Made by a program: the position numbers and the translations under genes | Notes under the pieces: model-generated | The model's input: the letters and a program-made list of their open reading frames with translations, nothing else | Databases searched by the model: none | Told to the model about the DNA's origin: nothing | Shown: one piece after another, positions 23,391 to 37,379 of the stretch | Position numbering within the stretch: position 1 is the stretch's first letter | Layout of the letters: each line of letters starts with the position of its first letter | Assembly: GCA_050613775.1 (NCBI GenBank) | Contig: JBODTK010000015.1 | Coordinates: 1,364,001-1,428,000 of the forward strand | Direction of reading: 5' to 3' | From: Neocallimastix sp. 'constans' | Taxonomy: Eukaryota | Length of the DNA stretch: 64,000 nt

Positions 23391-26300
23391 TAATAATAAA
23401 TTAGTATGATTATAACAGCAGCAATAATAAAGTAATAATTATATTAATAATGTCATATATATATATATATATAATTTAGGATTTCCCACGTACTCCATCA
23501 CCAGTCTATTCTATGTATCAACAACAAGCTATGGCCCAAAATCAAGTTAATCAAACTCAGCCTCGCAGACAAATTTTACATGAAACATCATTTGATAGTT
23601 TATCCTCTGTTTTAATGAAGGAAAAATTAAAGCAAAAATTAGAACAACAAAAGGATGATGAAAGAATTCGTTTAGCTGCAGTATTAAACAATATGAATTC
23701 TTTACCAACTATTCCACCTACTCGTTCTGCTTCTACTCCACCAAATCCACAATTCTATAAAAATAATTTTAATAATAGTCCTGGTAGTAATTTGTTTTCT
23801 GATGAACAATCTATAAAATCAATGGATCAGGCTAGTATTAGAAGTATGAGTCCAAATCTTTTCTTAAATGTTAAGAATCTTCCAGTTAAAGATGTAAGTT
23901 GATAATTATTGTATATACTTTTAATTTTATAAAAATATTTTTTTTTTAAAAAAAAAGTATTATAAAAAAAAATAAGAAGAAAAAAAATAATAAATAAATA
24001 ATATATCATATTAATAAATTAAAATGTATATATATAAATTATAATATATTATATTTAATTATAACAAATACCAATAATATTTATTTATTAGAATATTTAT
24101 GAATCTGGTAGTTTATCAGCAAAATCATTAGGTGGAGCTCCAGATCTTTTCAGTAAGAATTTATTTATTAATTTATTTATTATTTTTTTTTTTAAACTTA
24201 TGAACATTTAAGAATATATAATTAACATAAATATATATATATTTATATATATATTTATATATTTATAAAATTTTATATATAAGGTTCTAAAACTCAAGGT
24301 CTATATGGTAATTTGGCTACTTCACCAAGACCACCTAACTCACAATTGAGAAATAATTATTCACCATTTTCTAATAATCAAGGTTATTATTATTATTATT
24401 ATAACAATCATTTATAAATAATGTATTATTTTTAATAATAATTTAATAATGAGATATTAAAATATTTCTTTTTTAAATTTTTTTTTTTTTTTTTTTTTTT
24501 TTAATATTATTATTTTTATTTTATTTATTTATTTATTTATAATAGATCTATCTAGTCTTCAATCTCAAAGAAATAATTGGGATAATGATACTTTTGGTAA
24601 TGACTTAGCAAGTCAATTAAATGATTTAAGTTTATATGCTGGAAATTCTAATAAATTAAATATTCCGGGAAGTGGAATGAACTCTGCTTTTGATTATAAC
24701 AAATTTTCAGGTCTTCATGATCAATATAATAATAATTTAACATCTCCCTCTCCACAAAGTAATTTCTACAATAATCAAAATATGAATATAGGTTCTTCAT
24801 CTTCTAGTACTAAAAATAATATCGATAAAATTATGTTAATTCGTCAACAATTACTTCTTCAGGAACAAATGTTACAACGTGAATTAGCAAATAGTAATTA
24901 CAACAAAAATAATCAAGTTTCTTCACCAATTGTCAATTCTTCAGTCGTTCATAATCAATCTAATAATAATGATGCTAACCATATTTCTCGTAGTGCCTTA
25001 TTAGAAGAATTTAGAAATAATAAATTAAAGAAATATGAATTAAAGGTAATAATTTTATAAATTTTATATAGTATAAATAAATATTATATGGATTCATATA
25101 CATTTATATATACATAATTCATTATTATTTACTAATATTTTAATGTATATACTTTTAAATATATATATACTTTATATATATGTATATATTGATTTATATA
25201 TATATAATTTATATAATACATGTACATATATGTATTTACATAATCTACATAATATTAAATTAAATTAATCAGGATATTATTGGTAATATTGTAGAATTCA
25301 GTGGTGATCAACATGGATCAAGATTTATTCAACAAAAATTAGAAACAGCTAATAATGAAGATAAACAAATGGTATTCGATGAAATTAAACCAAAGGCTTT
25401 ACATTTAATGACTGATGTTTTCGGTAATTATGTTATTCAAAAGTTCTTTGAATATGGTAGTGCTTCTCAAAAAGCTGTTTTAGCTAAGATAATGGAAGGT
25501 CATGTTTTATCACTTTCTCTTCAAATGTATGGTTGTCGTGTTGTTCAAAAGGCTTTAGAACATATTCAAGAAGAACAACAAGCTAAACTTATTAAAGAAT
25601 TAGATGGTAATGTATTAAAATGTGTTAAGGATCAAAATGGTAATCATGTTATTCAAAAGGCTATCGAACGTGTTGCTCCAGAACATATTCAATTCATTAT
25701 CGATGCTTTCCATGGTCAAGTTTATTCCTTAGCTACTCATCCTTACGGTTGTCGTGTTATTCAACGTATCTTTGAAAATTGTACCAATGAACATGATGTA
25801 AATAAAATATTACTATAAAAAAAAAAGAGTTTTTTTTTTTTTTTTATTTGTTTATTTAATTTTTTAATAAAATAATATTATAATTGATAGTATAGAACTA
25901 ATATATACACATTTTAATATTTTAATATATAAATCATTAAAATTATATTAATATTTTTTTTTATTATATATATTATATAATTATTTTAATTAATTTAAAT
26001 AATGTTATAACTATATAGTCATTATTAGAAGAACTTCACCGTTATACCTTTAACCTTATTCAAGATCAATACGGTAATTATGTTATTCAACATGTTTTAG
26101 AACATGGCGATCCAGAAGATAAATCATTAGTTATTAGTAAGGTAATGGGACAAATTTTAATTTTAAGTAAACATAAGTTTGCTAGTAACGTTATTGAAAA
26201 ATGTGTTACCAATGGTACTAGAGAAGAAAGACAAAAAATGATTGATGAAGTTATTAAAGTTAAATCAGATGGTTCTTCTGATTTAATTAATATGATGAAA

Positions 26301-26650
26301 GATCAATTCGCAAATTATGTTGTTCAAAAGATGTTAGATGTTGTTGATAAGGATCAACATGATCTTTTAATTACAAAAATTAAACCACATTTACAATCTT
26401 TAAAGAAATATACTTATGGTAAAAAAAAAAAAAAAAAAAAAAAAAATTATTTTTTTTTAAATATAATAAAATTTAATCAATAAAATTTATATTTTTATTA
26501 AATTAGTTATTTATTTATTTAATAATAAAATTAAATAATTTATTAATTATAATTATTTTATATATATATATTTTATTTTAATTATATTTTTTATTAGGTA
26601 AACATTTAATTCAACGTTTAGAATTAGAAATTAATTCAAATAATGAATAA
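21776..26650 (+). CDS. Pumilio/PUF family RNA-binding protein (11 coding exons)
   Basis: Exons ~21776-21844, 22112-22228, 22566-22940, 23083-23214, 23480-23893, 24092-24152, 24284-24382, 24547-25045, 25273-25797, 26019-26418, 26598-26650 (GT-AG). Eight PUF repeats with recognition helices SRFIQ, NYVIQ, CRVVQ, NHVIQ, CRVIQ, NYVIQ, SNVIE, NYVVQ (canonical Pumilio/Puf3 code), preceded by RSALLEEFR and followed by YTYGKHLI. Confidence 0.95.
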
Positions 26651-27255
26651 AAATGTATTAATAGACACATCATTTATATATAAATATATATAATCAGTAT
26701 AATAAAGTAAATTCAGAATATATATATTTTTTTAATTTATACAAAATTTAGTTTAAAAAAAATTTTTTTATTTTCTTTTTTTTTTTTTTTTTTTTTTACA
26801 TGTTTATTTTAATAATTTTTAGAGTAATTGGAAAAAAAAAAAAAAAAAAAAAGACAAGAAAATATATCAGGAAGGAAAAAAAAATAAATAAATAAAAATA
26901 ATAAATAATAAATATAAATAAAAATAAAAAAATATATATATAATAAAATAATAAAAAATAAAAATAAAAATTAAATAACATATTTATTAAAAATAAAAAA
27001 TAATGTTAATAATAGTAAATTTAAAAAATTATTAAAATTCATTATTAATGTTAAAAAAAAAAAAGTAGAATAGAATAAAAACCTTATAATAATATTATTG
27101 TTAATACAATTATACAATTATACAATTATAAATTTATTTTTATTTTTTATTTTTATGTTTATTTCATTTTTTATTTTTATTCATTTTTGTTATATTTTTA
27201 TTTTATATATTAATTTTTATTTTTCCCCTTCCCTCTAATTATTATTTTAAAATTT

Positions 27256-27291
<36 letters not shown>

Positions 27292-28604
27292 ATATAAATT
27301 AATTTTTTACTTGTTTTAATGCTCTAAATTTTTTTTTTTTTTTTTTTTCTTTTTCTTTTTTTTTTTTTTTTTTTATTATTATGAAGTTTTTTTTTTGTTT
27401 TTTTCTTTAATTATAGATATTATTATTATTTTTTTTTTTCATTTATTTATATTATATTATTTTTATTTTCTGCTTTTCAAAATTTATAAATATAAAAAAA
27501 AAAAAATAAATTTTTAATTTTTCTTTAAGAAATGAATAATAATAGTAATAATAATAGCAATTAACTTTTTTTTTTTTTAATTATTATTAAATAAATAATA
27601 ATAAATAATAATTTATAATATTATAAGAAAATATTAAAGAATACATAAAAAAAATAAAAATAAAAGTAAAAATAAGAAATCAAGAAAATAAATACAAAAT
27701 AAAAAAAAATAAAAAAAAAAAAAAATTAATATCAAATTAAATCAAAGTAGAAATTAAATATATATATATATATATATAATAATAAAAAATAAATAAATAA
27801 AAAATCAGAAAAGAAAAACAAAACTAAAACAAAAGCTAATACTAAAAACTAAAAACTAAAAAAAAAGAAAAAGAAAAAGAAAAAGAAAAAAAATATATAT
27901 ATATATATATATATATCATTTATATATAACATTTTTAAAATTATAATATAAATAATATATAAAATTTAAAATAATTTATTAGTTGTTCTTTTCTTTCCAA
28001 ATATATATATTTTATAAAGTATAAAAAAAAAATAATAATAATAAAATTTTTTTTTATGTTACTTGTTTTTTTTTTTATAATATATGTATAAAAAAAAATA
28101 AAAATTAAAAATAAAAATTAATATATGAATAATATAAATATTAAAAAAAAAAAAAAAAAATTATTATTATTATAAAAGTAAATATTAACTATTAAACAAA
28201 AATAATAATAATAGTATATATAAATTAAAATATAAATAAATAAAAAAAAAAATAAAATTATATAAAAAAATATAATAAAATTATAATTAAAATTAAAATT
28301 AAAATATAATATAATATAAAAAAAAAAAAAATTTCTTAAAAATAAAATAATCTATTTTTATGTTTTTCCTTTCTTTCTTTCCTTTACTACTATATATATA
28401 TAGTTTTTTAATCTTTTTTTTTTTATTTTATATTTATCGTTTATTAATTAAATAAATATATAATAATATTAATTTTATGTATATATATATATATATATTT
28501 ATAAATGTTATAAATTAAAAATACTTTAATAATAATAAAGTAATTTTTTGTTTTGTGTGTGTGTGTGTGTTTTTCTATTTTTACTTTTATTTTTATTTTA
28601 CTTA

Positions 28605-28639
<35 letters not shown>

Positions 28640-28732
28640 AATTATTATTATTTTATTACTGTTATGATTATTATAATTATAATTATTATTATTTCATTAT
28701 TATTACTCTTTTCCTTAATTAAATTCATTCTT

Positions 28733-28840
28733 TCATTTTGGTTCTATTAATTAATTGTAAGAAGAAATATAATATAATATTAATATATATATGTGTGTGT
28801 GGTTTTATATAATATATAATATTTATGACATAATAAATAA

Positions 28841-28876
<36 letters not shown>

Positions 28877-31145
28877 AAATAAAATAAATTAGTAAATAAT
28901 ATATATATATATATATAATAAAAATAAAGTTCATGTTTTTATTTTTTTTTTTTATTTCTATTTTTATTTTTATTTTTATTTTTATTTTTATTTTTATTTT
29001 TTATTTTTTTATTTTTTTTTTATTTTTATTTTTATTTTTATCTTCTTATTATTACCTGTCTTTATAATAGTTGAAGAGGTAGTCGTGGTCGTTGTCTTTG
29101 GTTCTGTTTTTATGGTAGCGGTGGTAGTAGTAGTAGTAGTAGCAGTGGCAGTGGCAGGAGTAGAAGTCGTCGTAGATGGTTTTTCATCATAGTCATCCTC
29201 TGATTTAATGTTTGACGTAGTTGAAGCGGTAGCGGTTTTAGCCGTTGCTGAAGTTTGTGTAGGTAATTGAGAAGGTGGGAATAATACAGAGGACATTACT
29301 GAATCTGGGAATCGTACCCCTAATAAATTTCCACCAATAAATGGAGGCATACCAATAGGAAGATTTGAATTTAATAAGGAAGAGGATAAAGGATTCGATA
29401 TAGGAGGTAAAGGAAGACCTGTTTGACCTGGTAATGTAGGAAGTACAGATGAATTTGGAAGAACAGAAGCTGGTGCAGAATTCATTCTTGGTGGTGGTCT
29501 TACGGTAGAAGCTGGTGGTACTTTTAATTGAGCAGATTGTGCTTGTGTTGATTGTGCTTGTGTTGAGCTTGCCGTGGATTGATCTTGTTTTGGTTCTTGT
29601 TTTACAGTAACTTTCTATAATATTAATAATATATATTTATATTTATATTTATATTTATATAATAATAATAATGAAAATAATTATAATAATAAAAATGATA
29701 ATATAATAATATAACATATAATATATATATAATTATTAATTTTAATTGTATATATTATAAAAGTATAATATAAAGTATAATATATATAAAGAAATTTTTT
29801 AAAAATTATATTAATAATTAATAAAATAATATGAAATAAAAAGAAATAGAAATGTTATTAAATTTTCAATTTATAATTTTTAATTATATCTTATATAATA
29901 AGATGAATAATATTAATTTTCTTTTTTTTTTAAAAAAAATAATCTTTTAATTTCATTAAATAATGTACTAACTTGAGGAACAACTTGATAATTTATTGCG
30001 GTTAGACAATGACGTTCAGGTGGTAAACGTACACCATATTTCTCTTGAATGATTGGTAAAGGTAATTTATTTCTTCTTGCAGCAATTTCTTCTAATACCT
30101 TAATTGGAATTGATTATTAATAAATAATTATCGATATAATGATTATATATTTATTCATTTATGATTATTATTGTTATTGTTTTTGTTTTTGAATATGTAA
30201 TTATTATAATATATATATATAATAAAAATAAAATTAATATATATATATAAAAAAAAAAAAGTTAAATTATAATATGGAATTGATTGGTAATAAATAATTA
30301 TCGATATGATTATAATGATTATATATTTATTCATTTATAATTATTATTGTTATTTTTGAATTTGAATTTTAATATAATTATTATAAAATATATATACATA
30401 TATATAATGAAAATAAAATTAATATATATATATATAAAAAAATTAAATTATAGTAAAGTTTTATTTTATCTTTAAATATCACATGATTTTCTTCACTATA
30501 TTTGAAATCTTTAAAAAATTGATTATATTTTTATAAAAAAAAAAAAAAAAAAAATCTTTGTAAAAATTCTACATCCTTATTAACAAATATTCAATTGTTC
30601 ATTTCAATATTATATGTCTATATAATAATGATATTTACATCTCTTGATGGTGGATTAGTAAATGAATATGTTGATTTTCCTTCAATTGCTAAACGTATAT
30701 CTGATTCATTAACTTCATTATGACCTGCGTGTTCTGAAAAAGCTAATGCATCTTGTAAAACATCAGAAGCATATCCTTTTATTTTATTTATTTGTTTTTT
30801 TTTTTTTTTTTTTTTTTTTTGGAGTTATTTATTTAAATCAATGATTTTTTTTTTTTTTTTTTTTTTTTTTGTTGTTGTTGTTTTTTAAAAGATATATATA
30901 TAATATATAATATAATAATATAAAAATTAAAATATATATAAATAATTAAAATAATATTATAATATATATTTTAATATGAATAATCATTTATATATATAAA
31001 TATATAAATATATAAATAAATATAAATAAATTTGATGGATTAAAAATGTGATTTTTAATTATACATTTCAAATTTCTAATAAAACAGTTTAATTTCAAAT
31101 AATTCAAAGTATATATATATATATATATATTATTATTACTATTTT

Positions 31146-31177
<32 letters not shown>

Positions 31178-31382
31178 TAATCTTACTATGAGAAAATTCC
31201 AATAATTGCTGTATTACTCTTGATTCCACATTATATATTCCCATGGTTTTAAGAATTAATTTAATGACTTTCGCATCTCTTGGTAATGAATTATTTTGAT
31301 TTTGTTCTAATTCTGTATATAATAGTGAAGCTTGAGTTTGAAGTGTTGAAACTGTATTTAATTTTACATCCTTATTACTCAT
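28733..31382 (-). CDS. TAF9: TFIID/SAGA subunit TAF9 with long Pro/Ser/Thr-rich C-terminal extension (5 exons)
   Basis: Exons 31382-31187, 30775-30639, 30098-29973, 29614-29056, 28743-28733. Histone fold PRDAKVIKLILKTMGI..VESRVIQQLLEFSHRYASDVLQDALAFSEHAG...DIRLAI...SFTNPPSRDVLEEIAARRNKLPLP....YGVRLPPERHCLTAINY is diagnostic. The last 11-nt exon (EPK*) is less certain. Confidence 0.93.
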
Positions 31383-31520
31383 CTTTATTTACTTCTTTTA
31401 TATATTAATTATAAATTAATTTCAAATAATGGCTTTCAGATAATATTTTATAAAATAAATTTAAATATTTAAAATTTAACAAATTTTAATGAAATGATGA
31501 AAAATTGATTTAATCCTCTT

Positions 31521-31571
<51 letters not shown>

Positions 31572-31786
31572 CAATAATAGAAAATTTAAAAATTATCCAT
31601 ATAAATTAATTAAAAATTTTTTGATTATATTATTTTTAGAATAATAAAATATTTATAAATATAAAAAATTTTATAATCATTTATATAAATTTATTTATTT
31701 ATTTATTTATTTATTCATTTATTCATTTATTTATTTATTCATTTATTTATTTATTCATTTATTTATTTATTCATTTATTTATTCAT

Positions 31787-31869
<83 letters not shown>

Positions 31870-32117
31870 GATTCATAATTATAATAATAATAATAATAAT
31901 AATATAATAATATATGATCGGTCATAAAACTCTCACCAATGATCTTTCTATAAAAAAAATAATTTTTAGTTTATACGACATGTACCAAAAAAAAAAAAAA
32001 AGTTTTTTTTGCATTATTTGGTCATCATCTCTTTAGAATAAGAAAAGAAATGATAAACTTAAACATAGCATATTTCATTTGTAAAATATAAAAAAAAAAA
32101 AATAAAATATGTACATA

Positions 32118-32170
<53 letters not shown>

Positions 32171-32790
32171 ATCGTAATTTATAATTATTTACTTAATTTC
32201 AAGATGACAGCATTTGTTTAAAATAACAATAATAATAATTTATTTGATGGTTTTTCCTTCCTCTATATCTATATACATAATATAAATTTATATTGAAAAA
32301 AAAAAAGAAAAAAAAAATAATTCATATAATAATGGTAAAGTTAGAGTAAAAGAAAAAGTTTGGGTTGAATTTTTTGTTTTTTCATATTTATGATATTGTT
32401 TGCAAATAAATTATTTTGAATTAAAAATAATTTATATTGATTTTGTGACCTTCTTTAATGATACTTTTGTAATGATTCCTTACTTAACTTTTTTTAATAA
32501 AAATTTGTTTATATATTTATAAGAATTCAATGAAAAAAAAAAATAAAAATAAAAAAACTAAAAGAAATACTTTTATATTAATATTTTTAGAAATTAATCC
32601 TGAAAATTTATATTATTATTTAATTATGAATTATAGTAACAAATAAGAATAGATATGAATAGATAGACCTATATTAGAAAAAAAAAATTTTTTTTTTAAT
32701 GGAATTTAAAAAACAAAAATTAAATAAAAACTAAAAATAAAAATAAAAAGCCTTCTCAATATTAAAATTTAATTTAAATCAAAAAATTGG

Positions 32791-32925
32791 TGCGCCACTT
32801 CAAAAAGTAGAATATTTAAAAAAATTATTTATATTAATTATTTAATGCGCCACATGAATAAGCATTCATATGATAGGGCATTAATTATTACCTGTTTAAT
32901 TTATTTTATAATTTTACACGTGATA
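32791..32925. promoter_or_regulatory. Two TGCGCCAC motifs and a CACGTG E-box between the CorA-type gene 3' end and the TAF9 start
   Basis: tgcgccac at 32791-32798 and 32846-32853 (reverse complement GTGGCGCA fits the yeast Crz1 consensus GNGGC(G/T)CA); cacgtg at 32917-32922. Function is inference. Confidence 0.3.
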
Positions 32926-33498
32926 TAAAAACTATTCACTTTAAATTTTTTTTTATTTTAATTCAACCGGTACATTTTTAATTAAACTATTTTTTTAATT
33001 AAATTTTAATTTAATAATTGATTTTTTTTTATTTTATATAATTTTATTATTTATTTTATTTTTTTATTTTATTTAATTAATTATAATTAAATCATTCACA
33101 AAATATTATGATATTTAGTAAAGATACATAATTAAATTTATGATATTAATTATTTATTTTTTTTTCTTTTGCTTTATTTTATTATATATTATTATTAATT
33201 ATTTATTTGTTTATTTTTTGGTTTTTTTGTTTGTATGCTTTGTTTTTATTTTTTGTTTTTGTTTATTTTTTTGTTTTTATTTGTTATTTTTTTTTAATTT
33301 TTTTAATTTTTTAATTTTTTTATTTTTTATTTTTTTATTGTATTATTGATTATTTATTATTATTTATTTAATATTTAAATTAATTTTTTTTTTTTTTTTT
33401 TTCTGTTTATCTGTTTTTCTTTTAATAAATATTTCAAAAATATTTCTAATAAAATTTTTAATTTAAATAAATTTAATAAGTTATATTTTGATTTATTC

Positions 33499-33692
33499 TT
33501 AAAGCATTCCCATCTTTCTGGAAAAAATTAATACTGAAAGTGATACTAAAATCATTGTTATTGCAATAAGAATAAATGGAAGAAATGAAGTATAAGTATC
33601 AGATGATTGACCTGGTACTGTAACATTCATACCCCACATACCTAATTTTTATTATTAATTTTAATATTATTAAAATTATAATTATTATTAGT

Positions 33693-33740
<48 letters not shown>

Positions 33741-35982
33741 TTAAATATAATTAAGCATCACAATTCATTAATTATTAATTATTATTATATTATTTTTTAT
33801 ATATAGCTATTATTAGTATTTCATTTATATAATTATTAATATAAGTACTATTTTTGTTAATTTTATTATTATTATTATTATTACCTGTGATTACATTTAA
33901 TGGTAAAAATATACTACCAAGTGCTGTCATTTTCATTACAATATCATTAGTACGATTAGCTGTTAAAGTAATTTCAATTGTAATTTGTGCTAAATAATTT
34001 GAATGTGCTCTAGTTAATGTTTTATCATAATGTGATAAATTCTGTACCATAGTAATAACATGATCTTGAACATCACTTAAATATAATAATGTCTCAGATT
34101 TTGGAGATAATGTGTTAAGACGTTTTATAAAAAATTTAATAATATCTGCTTTGTCTGTTAAAAGTCTTAGTAATGAAGTTACATGTTTACGTGCTAAACC
34201 AATACGACGAAGCATATCATTTTGTTCAGATTCCTTTAATATAAGTACTAATTCATCAATACTATCTACATCAATTTCTATTGTTCTTAAATATGGCATA
34301 AATGAATCCGCAACTTTATATATATATATATATATATATTTGAATTAATAAATGTTGTTATTAATAAAAAGAAATAATAATTATAATTATAATTATAATA
34401 ATATAATAAAAATAAAAAAAATAATAATAAAATAATTACTATCATCAATATGTGCATATGCAAGCCAATCACCATTAACTTGAAAATCATATAAACTTAG
34501 TTGAATAATTCTCTTTAAAATATTATCAGGATGTGGTGTTGGTCTATTATGGAACTTTGTAATTTAAAATGACGCATAGATATATTCATATTTAGTTGTT
34601 ATTGTTGTTATTATATATATTATTAATTTTATTTTTATTTTATTTCATTTATATTTATATATATATTAATTTATTTAATTCTAATACTTACAGATAATAC
34701 ACAATTTTTAAATACAAGAATAGAAACACTAATTGGTTGTATATATGAATAAGAATTTTGCTCAAATGAACTAACACTTAAAAAATAATAATTTAAAAAA
34801 GTTTCTATTTTTTCTCTTGTATCATCAAATTCAATATCTTCAACTGTTAAAGGATGAATTCCAAATACCTTTTATCATTTAATTTTTTTAATTAATTTTA
34901 ACAAAAATTTTAATATTGAAATAATAATAAAAAAAAAAAAAAAAAAAAAAAAAAAGTATATATATATATATTATTATATTATTTTATTATTATATTAAAA
35001 AATTACATCAGATAAAACTGTTATTTCCTGTTTAGTAGGATTTAATATATCAAACCAAAAGAAAGTATTTTTCATTGTTTCACTAATTGAATTTTTTCCT
35101 ACTTTTTTCAATTCTTGAAAACTATTAACACGTTGAATATGATTATTTTCTCCATTTTCTCTACAATAAAAAATAATTCTTTCAGATGACTATAAAAATT
35201 TATTTATAATAATTAAATATATATATATATGTATTAATATACATCAATAATTAATTATGGAATTAAATTATTGAATAAATAAGCATTTTGTAATTCAATT
35301 TTAATTAATTATCTATTATATTTTATTATTCATTATGAATATTCTATAATACCATAATATTATCGCTGTTATTATCTAAAAATTTATTTTCATTATTTGA
35401 AGCATTTGACGAAAATGAAGATCTACGTTTACGAAGTGTACCTTCACTTTTTTCTTTATTTTCTTTTGGTATAGGATTAGTATTAATTGATTTGTCACAA
35501 AACTCTTGAAATTTCTCATAATCTATTTCATAAAAATCTTCAACATTTTTTGAACCTCCTTTTTTATTAATTGGTATACAAATGTCATAACAATAATTTT
35601 TTAATATATTTGAGCGACTAGTATCATCATTTTTATGAGATAAATTTAATAAATTACTATGACTAAGAGGATTATATTTTTTATTATTTAACATATTTAT
35701 ATATTCCGGATCTGAATTATAAGAAAGTGAAATTTCTTCTGTTGCTGATACAACACTATTTGGTTTACCATAAGATCCAATAGATGTTTGGGTAAAAGAT
35801 TTTTTTAAATCCTTATTAGCTGTTTGTAAATTTGAATTTTCATCTATTACATCCAAGTTATTATCTTTTGTTTTATTAACATTTATACTATTACTTTGTA
35901 ATAAACAATTTGAAGAATTATTTTCAATGTTATATGAATTTTGGGAAGAAGTATCATTATCTTTTATATTATTTGAATTCAT
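33499..35982 (-). CDS. CorA-family Mg2+ transporter, fungal ALR/MNR2-like (6 exons)
   Basis: Exons ~35982-35353, 35189-35007, 34868-34692, 34554-34437, 34313-33886, 33641-33499. Motifs FWFDILNPT, FGIHPLTVEDI...TREKIE, LSFH, WLAYAHIDD, DMLRRIG, LYLSDVQDH, and TM1 SIFLPLNVITGMWGMNVTVPG with the GMN signature, followed by TM2. Confidence 0.95.
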
Positions 35983-36713
35983 TTGCTATTATTATTTTAG
36001 AAGTTCTTTTTTATTTTATTTTATTTTTATTCTATTTTTATTTTATTTTTATTTTATTTTTATTTTATTTTTATTTTATTTTTATTTTATTTTTATTTTA
36101 TTTTTATTTTATTTTTATTTTATTTTTATTTTATTTTTATTTTATTTTTATTTTATTTTTATTTTATTTTTATTTTTATTTTATTTTATTTACGTTATTT
36201 TACTTTATTATTATTATATTTTATTTTGAATTTTATTCCAAGTAAATTAATTATGAATTTTAAATTTCAATCTTTATTATTACTATAAACATATATATTT
36301 AATTAAATTTAGTTTTTTGATTGTCTACTTATTTACTGTTTTTATTATTTGTTTTGTTTTAATAAAAGATATTTTTTTGCTGTTTATTTCAATTAAATTT
36401 TATTTCAATTTCTTTTCTCATTGTATAAGTATATATTTATATAGAGTTTTAAATATTTATATGTATTATGTGTGTATATAAAAAAATTAATGATATATAT
36501 TTTGAATCATTTATGTATATATATATATTATTTTTCTTTCCTTTTCTGTTTATTTGTATTTTTCTTTATCTTGTTCTCTCTTTTTTTTTTTGGTTTTATA
36601 ATTTAATTTACTTTTGGGGGATTATTAATAATATAACTTTTATTTTATTATATTTTAATTTTTATTTTTTTTTTTTAATTATTTTTTTTTTTTTTATTAA
36701 CATACATTATAGA

Positions 36714-37345
<632 letters not shown>

Positions 37346-37379
37346 AATTTTACTATTTTTTCATTATTATTTTTGTTGA

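Noticed and set aside
29009..29055. C-terminus GNNKKIKIKIKIKKK of the 29009-29485 ORF
   Set aside because: Read-through into an intron (GT donor at 29055-29054); the ORF is TAF9 exon 4.
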